NCBI GenBank assembly: GCA_001600815.1
Contig: BCKZ01000022.1
Coordinates: forward strand, 276,982 to 340,981
Reading direction: 5' to 3'
DNA length: 64,000 nucleotides
Source of the DNA: Alloascoidea hylecoeti
Taxonomy: Eukaryota
Shown: positions 1 through 10,622 of the stretch, one piece after another
Layout: each line of letters opens with the position of its first letter
Numbering within the stretch: position 1 is the first letter of the stretch
Notes under the pieces: model-generated
Seen by the model: only the letters and a program-made list of their open reading frames with translations
Told to the model about the DNA's origin: nothing
The model's database searches: none
Made by a program: the position numbers and the translations under genes

Positions 1-1
1 T

Positions 2-484
2 GGAATGGTTTTAAGTTGTTGGTATGATATAATTGCATTAAGTAATGTTCATGAAAATGAAGATGAAGATGGAATTTTAAGGAGTTATGAGATATTAAAA
101 AATTTAATTCAAGAAGTTCATGAATCTGGTATAAAAATGGAGAATATTGTAATTGCTGGTTTTAGTCAAGGTTGTGCTTTAACATTATTATCTGCTCATA
201 CATTAAATTTTAAAATTGGTGGATTTATTGGATTAAGTGGTTATACTCCATTACCAAATTATTGTCAAAAACATTCATCAGTAAAAAATTTAAATACACC
301 TACTTTAATAATTCATGGACAAAAAGATCAAGCTATTATACCTGATTTAGCACATCAATCACTTGAATTATTAAAAGAAAAAGGTTTTAATAATGTTTCT
401 TTGACGCTTTATTTAAATTTAACACATTCGGCTAATCCTGAAGAAACAGAGGCGATACTTTCATTTTTAGAATCAATTATATAA
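2..484 (+). CDS. Acyl-protein thioesterase / phospholipase-carboxylesterase (5' partial, continues upstream of window)
   Basis: WYDI motif, GFSQG nucleophile motif, HGQKD acid and terminal His (LTHS). The frame is open to the window edge and lacks the usual N-terminal part. Confidence 0.88.
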   Translation, partial: GMVLSCWYDIIALSNVHENEDEDGILRSYEILKNLIQEVHESGIKMENIVIAGFSQGCALTLLSAHTLNFKIGGFIGLSGYTPLPNYCQKHSSVKNLNTPTLIIHGQKDQAIIPDLAHQSLELLKEKGFNNVSLTLYLNLTHSANPEETEAILSFLESII

Positions 485-2935
485 ATTATTGGATTATTAT
501 TGGTTACAACGCAATTGATGATTTTTTGAAAAGTGTTTTAAATTGAAGATTTTTATAATATTAACGTTAAATATTGATGAATCAAACAAGAAACATTGCT
601 ATATTTGCTAGTTTATAGTTAATTTTAACGTCAGGTCAATTGCAAGAAATCGAGGAAGATTAAAGGATCGAGAAGCCCAAAATTATTACATTAATTTCAA
701 ATACGAATTCCAAGCCCACCAATAAATAAATATAAATTATTCTATAGTATTAATAAAATCTACTTAATCTCATCAATTTGATAATATATTTTTGTTTTGT
801 AAATATTGTTATCGTGTGAGCTCAAGTGTTCTTCTACGATGTAAATTTAGCGTATATTAATATCAGAGCTCACTAACTCTAAAGTTTAAACGTAATTTCA
901 AATATGACTCGATTTGCTCAAAAGGGTCATATAAGTTTCATATGATACCCCTTAAGTTCATAAAATAGTTTAATGTCTCTCTAATGCGAGCGCCGTAATA
1001 AAGTAGGAGGATTTATGAGGTTTAAAATTTGTGGAACTAACCCCAAAATGCGAAAGAAGAGTTGCAACCCAAAAGTTCTTTCTTTCTCTTTTACAACTAC
1101 CAAATTATAATCAGTAATTAAAATAGCATTACAAGGACTACTCTAAAAAAAAACGAAACGGAGGAAAGGAACAAGCTCATAATCTTTAGATCTACTGTTG
1201 AATTCAAAGAGTAAAACAAATATGTGATTGTGTAAATACTAAACACTAAATAGGCCCATAGTTATAGGATCCTCGAGCTCTTTAAATAAGATCTTCAACT
1301 TGGTTCTCTTCATAACTTTACACGTTTTATGACATTGATTAATAATCCTAGCGCTAGCGCTAGTTTTGTTTGTTTTAATAATATTTTGTATTCTTACTTT
1401 TTCCTATAGATAGTTCAATATATTAATGTTAACAATATATTCATCAACTATGTAACTATGGTGATGTAGGAAAAATTTAATTTTAAAATTAATATCAATT
1501 CCAGCTTATTACAGTTACGAACCCATGCATATGGATTATTTATAATGGAATAACTAATCAATTAGCTATCAAGCTTAAAAGTAATAATAATTGAATGTAA
1601 CGACAGATTTGAAACCTAATTAATTAGATTTGAAACCAATTAATAGTTCCAATTCCTAATTAACATACCGATCGCAAGCTTGAAATTGTTGAAGGGGTTT
1701 AAATTTTGAAATACGTACGTAATTACGTGTAACGCGTATAATTCCCAACATAAGAGAGGTTGACACACGGTTGAAAGTTGGAATATGAATCTGTTTTACG
1801 TACGAACTTCGAAGTTACTACCAAGTTGTACCAACGGTTTTAAAACCTTGTAATTGCAATTGTAATTGTAATTGTTTCAAGTTTGTTTTTATAAGTTTTT
1901 TGTTTATTATTGGCGAATATTTATTACTTACAAATTTACAATTGAGTTTATAAATCTATGAAAGCTAATTGAACTGCAAAATACAGTTTCTTAGAGATTC
2001 GTCAATTGCAAGCGCTACGAATAAACACCATGAAAATCGGTACGTGTTTTGAATCTTTGTAAGGTTTATAAACCATACAATATTATTATTAATTACAATT
2101 TTAAAATTGATATCAATTGCAGTTGCATTCAGCATTAACAGCCGTATGACGATTTTAAGACACATGGATGGTTAAATACCTGCAGATACTTCTTTTAAAA
2201 AATCTCTTTCAGTTCAATATAAAATACATCATTAAAAATAAAACGGCATTATCGTTACCAAACTTAGCAATTAATGTTAATGTTTCTTGGAATCCCTAGT
2301 TGTTTAACCATAAGGCTGTCATAAAAGGAGTAATATATTGGCCAATTTTAGTAGTTTCTGTAATTAAAAATAACATTATTAAACTATAAATTTCGGTTAT
2401 TGGGTAAAATGCAAAAATAGAAATATTACTTAAATACTATAAATAAACTTAAAAATTTAAAAATTTAAAAATTTAAAAAGTAACAAATCATTCAATTTAT
2501 AATATTAAAAAGGCTCAGACATTAATATCACTTGGAAATTAATCTGATTGCCTAAAGCGGTAATAGGTATGTATTGGGCGAACATCCCCTGACTTTTCTA
2601 AATAATAGAAGGAGTGGGATGATGCGAGGTAAAATTAGAACATGTGTATTTGAGGAAGATCCTTAGTCAGCTCGCGGGAAACAAGCATCACGTGCGCTCG
2701 CTACAACACTGCCGGTGTGGGATGGGGGCAGTCTACAGGGCCCCCCGCAGAGCCCTGAGGGCTTCCAAGGAGCAAGTTACATTCTGTTTCAGGTCTGTGC
2801 AAACCTCCTCGGCAGCTAAAAGCACCTGTCGAATTTAAATCTCAGCTTGAGCCTAACACCCGGACACCCGCATCTTCCTTTTGATATCCAAACGTCCTTT
2901 TTTCTCTTCGTCCCAATCGCAATTTTAGATCCGAA

Positions 2936-4276
2936 ATGCTTCCAATTCTTTGGGTCCTGTGGGTCCTGTGGGGAGGGCACGTGAACGCTACGCTGGATCT
3001 CTGCTCCTCCCAGAACACCAAGGAGAACAGTGCTAGTGTCAGTACCTTCCAGTCAAATGGGCTTTGCTCTACTACGTGTTCTGACGATGGTTGGGCTTAT
3101 GCCATTGTTCAAGGGAAAAAATGTTGGTGTTCCAATATAACTCCCGGCGATACCGTCGATGTGGACCAGTGTGATACAGACTGTCCAGGTTATCCCGATG
3201 ACAAGTGTGGCAGTACCGATGCTGATTTATATGGGTATATCCTGCTGGCAACTCCATCAGGAACTGCATCGGGGACTGAGGAAGAATCTTCAAGTACTTC
3301 TTCAGCTTCCTCGACTTCAACAAGTTCTGCAACTACAACTTCTTCAACAACTACAAGCTCTTCATCAACCAAAACTACTTCAACTTCAGCATCACCTACA
3401 ACTTCTACTTCTACCAAAACAACTTCAACTTCAACTTCAACTTCAACTACTTCCACCTCCAGCCCTAAAACATCCGCTACCACTATAATTTCCACTGCTG
3501 TGTCTGCTACAACTGTCTTATCGGTAGTGTATTCAATTAGCACAGAAGAGGGTGACGTCACTACGCTTTATATTTCACAGTCCTCTACTACCTTCAAGAC
3601 ATCATATATTACTTCTAGTACATCTAGTACAGCCAAAACTTCAAGCACTAAATCTCAATTGACTTCTTATTCTTCTGCTTCTTTAATAGCTGCAAACTTA
3701 AACTCAGCTTCTACCTCAGCCTCCTCATCAAAATCATCCTTGTACTCATCAAGCACAACTCCAGGGGAATCCTCCACCCAAACACCCACCTCAACAACAT
3801 CAACTTCATCAAATTCTACAGGTACAATACATCTTGTAACGGAAACATCTGAGGCTACATCAAATGCAACATCAAAATCTACAAGTTTTTTTGATCAAAA
3901 GGGTAAAGTTGCAGGAGTTTTCACATCAGTTGGATTAGTGATTGCAATGTTATTATTTTTAATATTTTTTATATTATGTAGAAAAAGAAAACAAAAATTT
4001 GATGATCCAGCAGAAACTCCATCACCATCATTATCATTGAAAAAACATTTTATGTCACATAGTACAACAAAACCTGGAGCAGCTGTTTATAAACATGGTC
4101 ATTCAAATTCGGAAGGAAATTCAACTTTAGTTCCTATTGTACCATTGGAAATTGATCAAAGATTAGATCCAAGACAAATTATAATGAAATTTGAAAATAA
4201 TGATGGTGATAGTAGGAAAAGTTTACAAGATGAATATGATTATTCAAGAAAAGTGCTTAGTGTTCGAAATCCATAA
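2936..4276 (+). CDS. WSC-domain cell wall integrity sensor
   Basis: Hydrophobic signal peptide, Cys-rich WSC domain (CWCSN...CPGYPDDKCG), long Ser/Thr stalk, single TM (VAGVFTSVGLVIAMLLFLIFFILC), cytosolic tail with DQRLDP and DYSRKVLSVRNP. Confidence 0.93.
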   Translation: MLPILWVLWVLWGGHVNATLDLCSSQNTKENSASVSTFQSNGLCSTTCSDDGWAYAIVQGKKCWCSNITPGDTVDVDQCDTDCPGYPDDKCGSTDADLYGYILLATPSGTASGTEEESSSTSSASSTSTSSATTTSSTTTSSSSTKTTSTSASPTTSTSTKTTSTSTSTSTTSTSSPKTSATTIISTAVSATTVLSVVYSISTEEGDVTTLYISQSSTTFKTSYITSSTSSTAKTSSTKSQLTSYSSASLIAANLNSASTSASSSKSSLYSSSTTPGESSTQTPTSTTSTSSNSTGTIHLVTETSEATSNATSKSTSFFDQKGKVAGVFTSVGLVIAMLLFLIFFILCRKRKQKFDDPAETPSPSLSLKKHFMSHSTTKPGAAVYKHGHSNSEGNSTLVPIVPLEIDQRLDPRQIIMKFENNDGDSRKSLQDEYDYSRKVLSVRNP

Positions 4277-4952
4277 TTATGAAAAAGAAAATTAAAAGAG
4301 AATATTACATTATTATCATATTCTTTATTTTTTTTTCTTTTATGTTATGTTTGTTGTTTAATTTTGATTTTGATTTTTGAATATTTAATTTTGACTTCAT
4401 TTATATGAATATTATCCACAAAAAAGCAAAACAAATTTTGAATTTATGATAAGCAATTGAAATTGAAACTGGGGGAAATATAGTTTTTTTCGGGTTTGGG
4501 TAATTTCATTAAAAAGGTAATCTATCAAAAAGAGGTAATTACCAAAAGGAGAATTAAGTTCACAATTACAATTAATCTCTGTAAGGTCAAAAATTTAACT
4601 TTATTTTCTTTCTTTGAAATTTATTTTAAATATTTTAAATTTTTTACTATAAGGTTTACGTTTTCTTCTTTTTAATTTTTTTTTTTTTAACTAAATTAAA
4701 TGATATATCTTTGTTATATTTTTTTCTTGATTTCTAGTTTTTTTTTTTTTTTGTGTGTCCTTGTTTTATAATTATTTATTTGATTTATGCTTTTTCGTTA
4801 AACAAAAATATCTAATACTTTTTTCTTTCTTTCAATTCGTTTTTAATTTTTAAAACTGAATTCCTTCTTTTGTTGCAGTATTGATAATTTCAATTTAATT
4901 ATTATTCCTTTTTATTTTATGTTTCATTTTATAAATATCTTAAATTTTGCTG

Positions 4953-4981
4953 TTTTTTTTTTTTTTTTTTTTTTTTTTTTT
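4953..4981. repeat. Poly-T tract within a T-rich stretch downstream of the WSC gene
   Basis: Uninterrupted run of about 29 T; shorter T runs at 4676-4688 and 4738-4752. Confidence 0.9.
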
Positions 4982-6501
4982 GAATTTTTGAATTTCTGTC
5001 AACACATTGAATCTGTTTCTTTTTCAACAAATGAATCAATTGAAGATTAGTATCTTTACATTCACCTCTCATCCTCATCCTCATCCTTTACCTCAAACTA
5101 ATCATTTCATAATTATAAATCTTTTTAATGTGCATATTATAGTCTATAAAAGTACATGTGCTTGTCTATTATCAATTCTCAATTCTCAATTCTCAATCAT
5201 TAATTATATTTATAAGTTATTCTTTATGCATATAGGGTTTATTTGGGTTGGAGCATTTATAATTAGTAATATTTCGATATTTATATATTTTAATTTTGAT
5301 AGATTTATGATAACTAATGGATATAATCATTAATTATGCATTGCATTGATAAATCTTAGGATTTGTAATTGGTGTGGGGTATGTTACATTGATTTAACTT
5401 TATTTCGCTAATAATGAATTTTCCAAAACAAAATAATTAGAGATATATGACGCTATCTATTCAATATTAATGCTTTATTCATGTATATTCCACAATCAAG
5501 GAGATTCCAGAACTTCCTTTCGAATTCGTGATGATTTCATTTCGATAAATTAACCATTGGGACTTCCTTTTCCAGGACCATCCTTTTGGAAATTTTAGAG
5601 AGCGGCTGAAGGTTAAAGCACATAAATTATAAAATAGAAAACTCTAAAAAAAAACAACGGCTTTGACATATTTTCTTTGATTTTTAAGTCCTTAATATCA
5701 CACAATTGGTGTAATGGCAATGGCATAATAATGTGTTACTCATATATTGCATCACGAATTGAAGTTTGACAGTACCAAGAATATTATAATAAATATCAAT
5801 TATTGCAACTACTTTAAATTTGCGATTGAATTGATTCTAGATCTGAGTAAGCACATATTTTCATAATGACTAATGAATATCTAATTTTAGAAATTCCGTT
5901 TGTTCCGTTTCTTTTTACTAAAAATTTCGGTTATAATTACAAAATCGGTTACAATATCTAATTTCAATTGATCGAGAGGCTTGGATCATTCTATTACAAA
6001 TATTAGGGGCCCTCTTTTTTTAGCTCAGCGAATCAAGAAGTATAGAACTATATATGAACCTCAATGTATTTATTATAAGGGCAGTCTGATTCGTTATGAA
6101 ATACCTTGTAATTGATTGAACGTTGACGCTCATTAGAAGAATAGGAAAATAATAATTATAAGCAAGACACATATATTTCACTTAATTTAGACCATATGTT
6201 ACTGAATGTTCGGCCCTCCCGATGCACGATTGTTGCAATCATCGTAGTGTTAGTTTGTGTACCCAAGCCAGGAGAACACATAACAAACTCACGGGATATA
6301 CCGTTCATGTAGTTTTCATCGATAAACAACACGAAATCTGTTTTCTGTCTTTTAAATTTGTTGTATGGTAATACTAATACGTTCTACGTACCGGTGAAAT
6401 GGTACTGGACAGTCTCCTTTGTAATTAAAATGTTGTTATTAAAAGATTATTTTGTTTTAGTTCTTTTGTTAATATGAGTGTAGAAGATGAGGGAAAGACT
6501 A

Positions 6502-6840
6502 ATGCCATGGAGCTGTTGGACTTGTATTAAAGGAAATTTACTTGGCGCTTATGCATCATATGAAAGAAAAAAAAAACATCCTACAGGGTTTTTACCTGGC
6601 ATAACGGCACCATTGTAATTTTTGTAATCGTTGCTCGCAGAAGATCCAGTAAAAGAAATGATTGAGGAAATAAAATCAATTTAAAGACCAAAAAAGCCCA
6701 TTAGTGCAACTGCGAGAAGAGCTTCTACAATAGAGCACTTAAAGAAGGCATTTTTGGACTCTCCATTTAAAGATAAATATAATTGTTTAAGATCTTTCAT
6801 ACAATTGCAAGTGCCTTGTATTTTCAAATTTAAGCCTAAC
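6502..6840 (+). pseudogene. Decayed reading frame, possibly a Crypton-type tyrosine recombinase relic
   Basis: One frame with three stops reads ...SLLAEDPVKEMIEEIKSI*RPKKPISATARRASTIEHLKKAFLDS...LRSFIQLQVPCIFK. It resembles the region leading into the catalytic Arg box of fungal Crypton-like recombinases. Recognition by eye only. Confidence 0.3.
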
Positions 6841-7023
6841 ACATTGGAGAACATGGCCATTTATATAACCCAGACACTGGTATACGTACGATTGACTCAT
6901 TTTAATTTGTATCGGATAAGGGGTTGAGTAGAATCTCAAGGTTCCTGTTTTCTTCCCATTTGTTATTGGAAAAAGTCGGAATATTCACAAACTTGAGTGA
7001 AAACCCATTTAAGCAATTGCAAT

Positions 7024-8319
7024 ATGTCCTTACACAAAAATCTCGAGATCGCAACTGATTTTGTTTCTGATTTCCCTGATGAAATATCCGAAAAAATCTT
7101 CCTAGATTTGCCACCAACAACGTTGCTTAATTGTAGAAGAGTATCTAAATCATGGAAACAAATAGTTGATAATGATTATATATGGAGATCAAAGTTTCAA
7201 GATCAAAAATTTTGGACATACAATAATGAAGATTCAGAAACTGATTCGTGGTATGAATTATATAAAGAGCGTTATCGATTGGAATTAAATTGGAAAAATG
7301 GTATATTTACAAAGCATAGATTAAATGGCCATTCAGCCCTTACATATTGTGTTAAATTTTTTAAAAATTGGATCATAACTGCTTCAGATGATTATAAAAT
7401 AAAAATTAGGGACAGTGAAACATATCAATGTTTAAGAATTTTTGGTGAACCAGATTTTGAGATTTTAAAACCATTAGGTATAACAAATCTTGAGACTTTC
7501 AGAGTAACGGACTTATTAGAACTAACAAAAGATATTGATATTGAATTTCATTTGAGTATTGTTAAATGTATGGATATTAATGATAAATATTTAGTTACTG
7601 GTTCATACGATGGTTGCTGTATAATTTGGGGATTACCAGATTTTAAGCCAATATATCGTCTGATAACACCAACAGATGAAGGTAACATATATCTTATAAA
7701 CGGTGTTGTTTTATATAATAATTATCTTGTATGTTCTAATCTTGGTTATATCGGGGTTTGGAAATCGAATTTTGATAATGAACTACAGTTTAATCTACAA
7801 CACCGCCTTAAAACAGAAATGTCCTTTCAAGGTGTTTCCGTTCATAATGGTATCATATATGGTATTATATATGGTGTAGGAATGGAGTCTGTAAGATCCT
7901 GGAATATTGAAACCGGTCAAAACATCCAAGAATTCCGATATAATGACATAAGATGCAGTTGCAATATTGCAGTAAATGATCAATACTTATTTGTTAATGA
8001 CCGCAAAAATCTAACGGTTCTTAATTTACAAACAAATAAAATAAATATTTTATCAGATGAAGGACCATTCGAATTATTATTGACAGTTAATAATAAAATC
8101 ATTTCTATTCATGAAGATTGTACTATTTATATCTGGAATTTAAATGATTTAAAATTATTTAAAAAAATTGTAAATTCAAATCATGAGAAATCAGATTTAT
8201 ATAGTTGTTATTCAATTGATGCTGATTTGAAAAGGTTAGCTGCTTTTGCTATAGATCGTGATGTTATTATTTATGATTTTACTAAAAATTTAAGGAAACG
8301 ATATTTAAAACATTTATAA
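7024..8319 (+). CDS. F-box/WD40-repeat protein (lineage-expanded family)
   Basis: F-box DFVSDFPDEISEKIFLDL...CRRVSKSWKQI; WD repeats (LNGHSALTYCV, LVTGSYDGCCIIW). First ATG is at 7024; the ORF track starts at an upstream GTG. Confidence 0.9.
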   Translation: MSLHKNLEIATDFVSDFPDEISEKIFLDLPPTTLLNCRRVSKSWKQIVDNDYIWRSKFQDQKFWTYNNEDSETDSWYELYKERYRLELNWKNGIFTKHRLNGHSALTYCVKFFKNWIITASDDYKIKIRDSETYQCLRIFGEPDFEILKPLGITNLETFRVTDLLELTKDIDIEFHLSIVKCMDINDKYLVTGSYDGCCIIWGLPDFKPIYRLITPTDEGNIYLINGVVLYNNYLVCSNLGYIGVWKSNFDNELQFNLQHRLKTEMSFQGVSVHNGIIYGIIYGVGMESVRSWNIETGQNIQEFRYNDIRCSCNIAVNDQYLFVNDRKNLTVLNLQTNKINILSDEGPFELLLTVNNKIISIHEDCTIYIWNLNDLKLFKKIVNSNHEKSDLYSCYSIDADLKRLAAFAIDRDVIIYDFTKNLRKRYLKHL

Positions 8320-8402
8320 TCCATTGAAAATTTATTATGAACATCGTGTTTTAACATTGAAATAGTTCTGATATTAAACCTCTATTAATAAGGAACTATA
8401 AG

Positions 8403-8572
8403 AAGTATAATAAATAGAAACATTTTATGTCGGCTTCATATAATATTAATGTGATTTAACTAATGACTAACTCAAGTATAATAGTTCGAAAGATTTTATC
8501 GGCATCATATGGTCTATAATATTATTGTGATTTAACTTATGGCCGAATCAAGTATAATAATTGGAAAAAATT
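8403..8572. repeat. Degenerate tandem repeat, about 71-76 bp x 2.3
   Basis: AAGTATAATA recurs at 8403, 8474 and 8550; ATTTTA..TCGGC.TCATAT and TATAATATTA.TGTGATTTAACT each occur twice. Confidence 0.8.
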
Positions 8573-8948
8573 ACTATGGTCCTGAGACCATTGTGCCTCT
8601 GAAAACACATATAATTTCAGCCTACTAATCTGGGTAACTTTTGATTATCCATACACCGCCTGGGAATATAACCTCGTAAATCTAAAAATTTCGTGTCTTT
8701 GTTATCATGGTGGCGTATAAACAGGTCCGAATAGAGCTGATTTTTATGCATGGCCTGGTAATGGTTACCAATTAGCTGAGTAGGTCAGACTATACGAATT
8801 TAGTATATAAACACAAGCGTTTGTTTGATTATAAAGTATCTATTTTTGATTTATATCCTGGTTATAAGCTTTGTCTGTTAATACTTGAGATCATCTTTTA
8901 CTTTCAAGTGTTATAAGTATTTAATTTTACTGTCGTCGGATTTTAAAC

Positions 8949-10004
8949 ATGGTGACAGCTACCTCCTCCTCAGCTCCTCCAAGTATCATACATGTTAGGG
9001 CTAGGCATATAGCTACAATTGAGCCACAACTAAAGTGGACAGTGCCGATTACAGAAACATGGGTTGGATACATGAAGGAGTTCTCCGAACAAAGAGCTCA
9101 TTGGAATGGGAGACGGTTTTCAAACAAAGCCATCCAAGAAATGATAGTACGTTTGCGTGATAAGTTTCCAGCAGATTCAGCACTGTTTACACCAGACAAA
9201 ATCAAAAAGAAATATAAAGCAGTAAGTAAGTTTTTATTAAATCTAGTATTTTTTCCCTTGTCTAACCTTTAATAACAATAGTTCGTCAAAGACTTCCAGA
9301 AATACCAGAGAGTCAGAAGATTTCCTGGGGTTTCAATTAACGAGGCTGATGGTACAATGATTATGTCAAACAATACAATCGTTGAATTCTTCATTTCACA
9401 GTTCAGAATCAATGAAAAAGATCATATCAGCAAAAGAAAATTGACTGATTTTAGACTTTGTAATCATAAGTTCTTCCTTGAGTTCCAATCTTTTTACGAT
9501 AATCCGGATGATGATGCTAGCTTAGGGGAAGCAGAAACAGTCAATGAAGTAAATCAAGTTGAAGCTGGTAATCATTCAGAAGGCACTAATTCTTCTGAAG
9601 CTGATGAAGCTGGTGGTAATTCTTCTACAGCTGATGAAGCTGGTGATGATTTAGAAGTTGATACTGGACCTGTTGCACCACATAATGTAGTAAGATCGCG
9701 ACCACAAAGTCGAGAATCCTCACACAAAAGGCGGCGGTCATATCCTCGCCCGATCACAAATGGCACCAATACAGGAGGTAAAAACACGATTATGGAACCC
9801 ATACAGGAAGAAAAACAACGGATTACTGAAGCGATTCGATCATTAGGTGATGTGATCACAGAAGGATTTGTTACCTGTGAAGACTGGTCTTTGTTCATCT
9901 CCAAGCCACTGACTGAAAATGAACTTACCTTTTTGAATATATTATATGATGATGGAAAGAAGGATTTATTTGCGAAATTTGTCAAGCAGTTAAATAATAA
10001 TTAA
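8949..10004 (+). CDS. Two-exon Myb/SANT-like DNA-binding protein (Harbinger/PIF ORF1-like); exons 8949-9221, 9282-10004
   Basis: Intron 9222-9281 (GTAAGT...CTAAC...TAG) joins the two track ORFs in frame. The spliced protein reads LKWT...FSNKAIQEMIVRLRDKF...KIKKKYKAFVKDFQKYQRVRRFPGVSINEADGTM, similar to Myb_DNA-bind_3-type domains, followed by an acidic linker and a helical C-terminus. Confidence 0.7.
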
Positions 10005-10622
10005 TAGTGTGTATATTAAATAGAATACTACATTCTATATGGCTATAAATATAATTATGAAATGAGAGCAGAAAGATAAGTAGCTAATCAACATCCCCAA
10101 TTATAGCTATAGATGATACAGATGGTCATTAAATATACCTGTTGTTATATTTGTATTTTTAAAGTGACATAGTCTCTTCAATTACCAATGGGTCATATTC
10201 TTAGTTTCAGCCATAATCAAATTCGCAAGTAAATTATAGGGTCAATCATTAGTATACATAAATATTTGTGCTTTCCGATGTAAGGGACGATGAACTGGTT
10301 TAATAACCTAGTAATTCTTTCTGATTACCTTCACCTAATGTTTGGGACCTTTTCTATGATGAACTGGCGGCCATTACAGTGATTATTACAATTTTTATAG
10401 TCTGCAATTAAAAATTGCAATATTACTTAAAGTATATGAATTTAAGCTTAAATTATAATTATCATTAAAACCTACAAAATGTGTATAATATTAAAAAATA
10501 TTTAATCCAGTAAATATTAATGTAATTTTATCGTTATATTGAATAAAAAATTATGGAGCATTTATAATATTAATGTTTCAAACAAGTTTTTTAGAAATCA
10601 ATTATGTAGTTGAAAATCTAGA

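Noticed and set aside
1340..1830. Cluster of short palindromes (CTAGCGCTAGCGCTAG, TACGTACGTA, AACTTCGAAGTT)
   Set aside because: Short, unrelated to each other and without an extended structure; consistent with slippage or chance.
3072..3561. ORFs overlapping the WSC gene
   Set aside because: Shadows of the GC-rich segment and the Ser/Thr codon repeats.
5700..5730. TGGTGTAATGG resembling a tRNA D-arm
   Set aside because: No T-arm GTTCRA at the proper spacing and no acceptor stem.
9572..9985. 137-aa antisense ORF
   Set aside because: Mirror of the Myb/SANT exon 2 codon pattern.
10095..10132. IAIDDTDGH resembling the Harbinger transposase GAIDGTH motif
   Set aside because: Followed immediately by a stop, and no other DDE motifs were found nearby.
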